Source: Spirochaetia bacterium (GTDB lineage Bacteria; Spirochaetota; Spirochaetia; SZUA-6; Bin103). Taken from it: a stretch of DNA of 64,000 nucleotides. The notes beneath the pieces are model-generated. The model saw nothing but the letters and a program-made list of their open reading frames with translations, ran no database searches and was not told the origin of the DNA. Below are positions 46,801 to 49,800 of the stretch, piece after piece; within the stretch, counting starts at the first letter, position 1, and each line of letters begins with the position of its first letter. The stretch spans positions 352,001 to 416,000 of the forward strand of contig CBDBOV010000002.1 in the NCBI GenBank assembly GCA_965208575.1, written 5' to 3'. The position numbers and the translations under genes were made by a program.

Positions 46801-49800
46801 CGTGGCGGTCTCGGATGGCTACTTCGACGAGCACGGCAACCGGGGTGCGGCGGCGAGCGCGACGTTCACGGTGGACGCGAGCGCGCCGGCGCCGCCGACG
46901 TTCAGCCCGGCTGCCGGCGCGACGGTAACCGACGCGGCGAGCAACATCACGCTGACTTTCGCGGAGGCGCTGCACAAGGACGCGTCCGGCACGGCGCTGG
47001 CGAACGGCGACCTGGCAGGGCTCCTGACGCTGAAGACGGGCGACGAGAACGGCACCGATATCGGGTTCACGGCGACCATCGATGCGGCGAAGCGGGTGAT
47101 CACAGTCGACCCGACGGCGGACCTGGCCGATGGCGCGGTGTACGTGGCGGTCACGGACGGCTACTACGACGAGTACGGCAACCAGGCCGCGGCGGCGGAG
47201 GCCACCTTCACCGTGGACACCAGCGTGGCGGCGCCGACGTTCCTCCCGGCCGCCGGCGCCACCGCCGGTCCCGGCACGAGCATCACGCTGACGTTCGCGG
47301 AGGCGATCCACAAGAACGCCCAGGGTGGCGACTTCGCCACCACCGACCTGGCCGGCATCCTGACGCTGAAGGTGGGCGATGCCGACGGCACGGCCATCGG
47401 CTACACGGCGAGCATCGACGCGGCGAAGACGGAGATCACCCTCGACCCGACGGCGGACCTGGCCGACGGCGCGGTGTACGTGGCGGTCTCGGACGGCTAC
47501 TACGACGAGCACGGCAACCAGGGTGCGGCCGCGAGCGCGACGTTCACGGTCACCGTGGTCGGCACGGCGCCCGTCGTAACCGGGGTGGCGGTGGTCTCGG
47601 ACGCAGGAAGCGACGCCACCTATCTCCTGGGCGACAAGATCCGGGTGCGCCTCACGTTCAGCGAGGCGGTGAAGGTGACGGGGACGCCGCGGCTCTCGAT
47701 CGACATGAACCCGGCAGTGTGGGGCGAGAAGCGGGCGGCCTACGAGGGCGCGCGCGATACGGCCGTGCTGTCGCTCACCTTCGCCTACGAGGTGGTGGAG
47801 CCGAACATCTCGACGCAGGGGATCGCGGTGCTGGCCAACACGCTGGCGCTTGACGGCGGCACGATCCGCTCGGTGGCGACCGACGCGGCCGCGGCGTTGA
47901 GCCACGCAGGGCTTGCGCACGACCCGGCGCACCGGGTGGACGCGGTACCGCCGCAGTTGCTGCGGGGTGAGATCGATGGCGGGACGATGACGCTCTATTT
48001 CAGCGAGGCGCTGGACCCGGACGCGACCGGGGGCGAGTTCCTCATGGGCGTGGAGGTCCCGGAGCTGGGCGTGATGGGCTTCGTTGCCGCGGGCGACGTG
48101 GCGGTCGACGGCAAGACGGTGACGGTCGGCCTGGGCGAGCGCAATCCGCGGGCGACGCCGGGCCTGGAGCGCAACAACGTCCTCTACGCCCGGCGCGCCG
48201 ACGGCGGCGGCGGGGCGCTGCGGGACGTTGCCGGCAACCCGGTGCTGGCGCGGTATCCGATGCATCGCGGCAACGGCGAGGAGTGGAGGTACGTCGCCAT
48301 CGACCTCGAAAACGTCACCGCCGACACCAGCGTGGCGGCGCCGACGTTCAGCCCGGCCGGCGGCGCGACGGTGACCGACGCGGCGAGCGACATCACGCTG
48401 ACCTTCGGCGAGACGGTCCACAAGGACGCCCAGGGCGGCGACTTCACCACCACCGACTTGGCCGGCATCCTGACGCTGACGGTGGGCGACGAGAACGGCA
48501 CCGCCATCGGCTTCACGGCGACCATCGACGCGAAGAAGAAGGTCATCACCATCGACCCGACGGCGGACTTGGCCGAGGGCGCGGTGTACGTGGCGGTCAC
48601 GGATGGCTACTTCGACGAGCACGGCAACCAGGGTACGGCGGCGAGCGCGACGTTCACGATCGCCGTGGTGGGCACGGCGCCCGGCGTGACCCGGGTGGCG
48701 GTGGTCTCGGACGCAGGAAGCGACGCCACCTACGCGGCGGGTGAGACCGTGCGGGTGGCGCTGACCTTCGGCGAGGCGGTGGCGGTCGACACCGAAGGCG
48801 GGACGCCGCGGCTGAAGCTCGACCTCGGTGGCGACGACGGCACGGGCGAGCGCTGGGCGGCGTACGAGAACGGCTCCGGCACCGACACGCTGACCTTCGC
48901 CTGGGAGGCGGCAGCGCCGGACGAATCGGCCGCGGGTGTCGCGGTGCTCGCGGACACGCTGGAGCTTGACGGCGGCACCATCAGGTCGGTTGAGACGCAG
49001 ACGGATGCGCTGCTCGGCCATGGGGGACTCGCGCACGACCCGGCGCACCGGGTGGACGCGGCACCGCCGCAGTTGCTGCGGGGCGAGATCGACGGCGGAA
49101 CGATGACGCTCTATTTCAGCGAGGCGCTGGACCCGGACTCCACGGGCGGTCAGTTCCTCATGAGTCTGGAGACCCCGGAGGGCGTGGAGGGCTTCCGCGC
49201 CAGGGGCGACGTGGTGGTCGACGGCGCGACCGTGACGGTCGGCATGGGCGCGGCCCTTCTGCGGCCGACGCCGGGCCTGGAGCGTAACCGCGTCCAGTAC
49301 ACACGGCGCGCTGACGGCGCCGACGGGGCGCTTCGCGACATGGCCGGCAACCTGGTAGAGGGGCACGGGTCGGCGCTCTGCACGGGGGACGGCTGCGTCG
49401 AGACACGGTCCGCCGAGATCGACCTGGCCAACGTCACCCCACGCACGCCCCGGGTGACGGGGGTGGCGGTGGTCTCGGACGCGGGCGCGGACGGCTTGTA
49501 TGGCGAGGGTAAGAGGGTCAAGGCGGCGGTAACCTTCACCACGCAGGTGCGGGTCGAGACCGCCGAGGGCGTGCCGACGCTGGCGCTGATCGCGAACGGC
49601 GGGATCCGGCGGGCGGCGTACCTCTCGGGCTCAGGGACGGCGCGGCTGGTGTTCGCGTACCGCGCGGTCGAGGCGGGCGGCTTGCAGGCGCCGGTACGGG
49701 TGGCGGCGTCGGGGCTCAAGCTCAACGGCGGTGCGATCGTGGCGGCGCCGGGCGGCGCGGCGGCGGCGCTCGGCTTCGGCGAAGCGCCGGGGGTGACGGC

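Noticed and set aside
36377-47551. CRISPR-like periodic array
   Set aside because: Units are ~339-bp in-frame coding repeats without unique spacers; no cas operon
26678-49366. Very long antisense ORFs (2,314 aa, 569 aa, 4,528 aa) and dozens of ~90-110-aa repeats on the minus strand
   Set aside because: Shadow frames of a high-GC, repetitive sense gene; Arg/His/Gly-rich with no domain character
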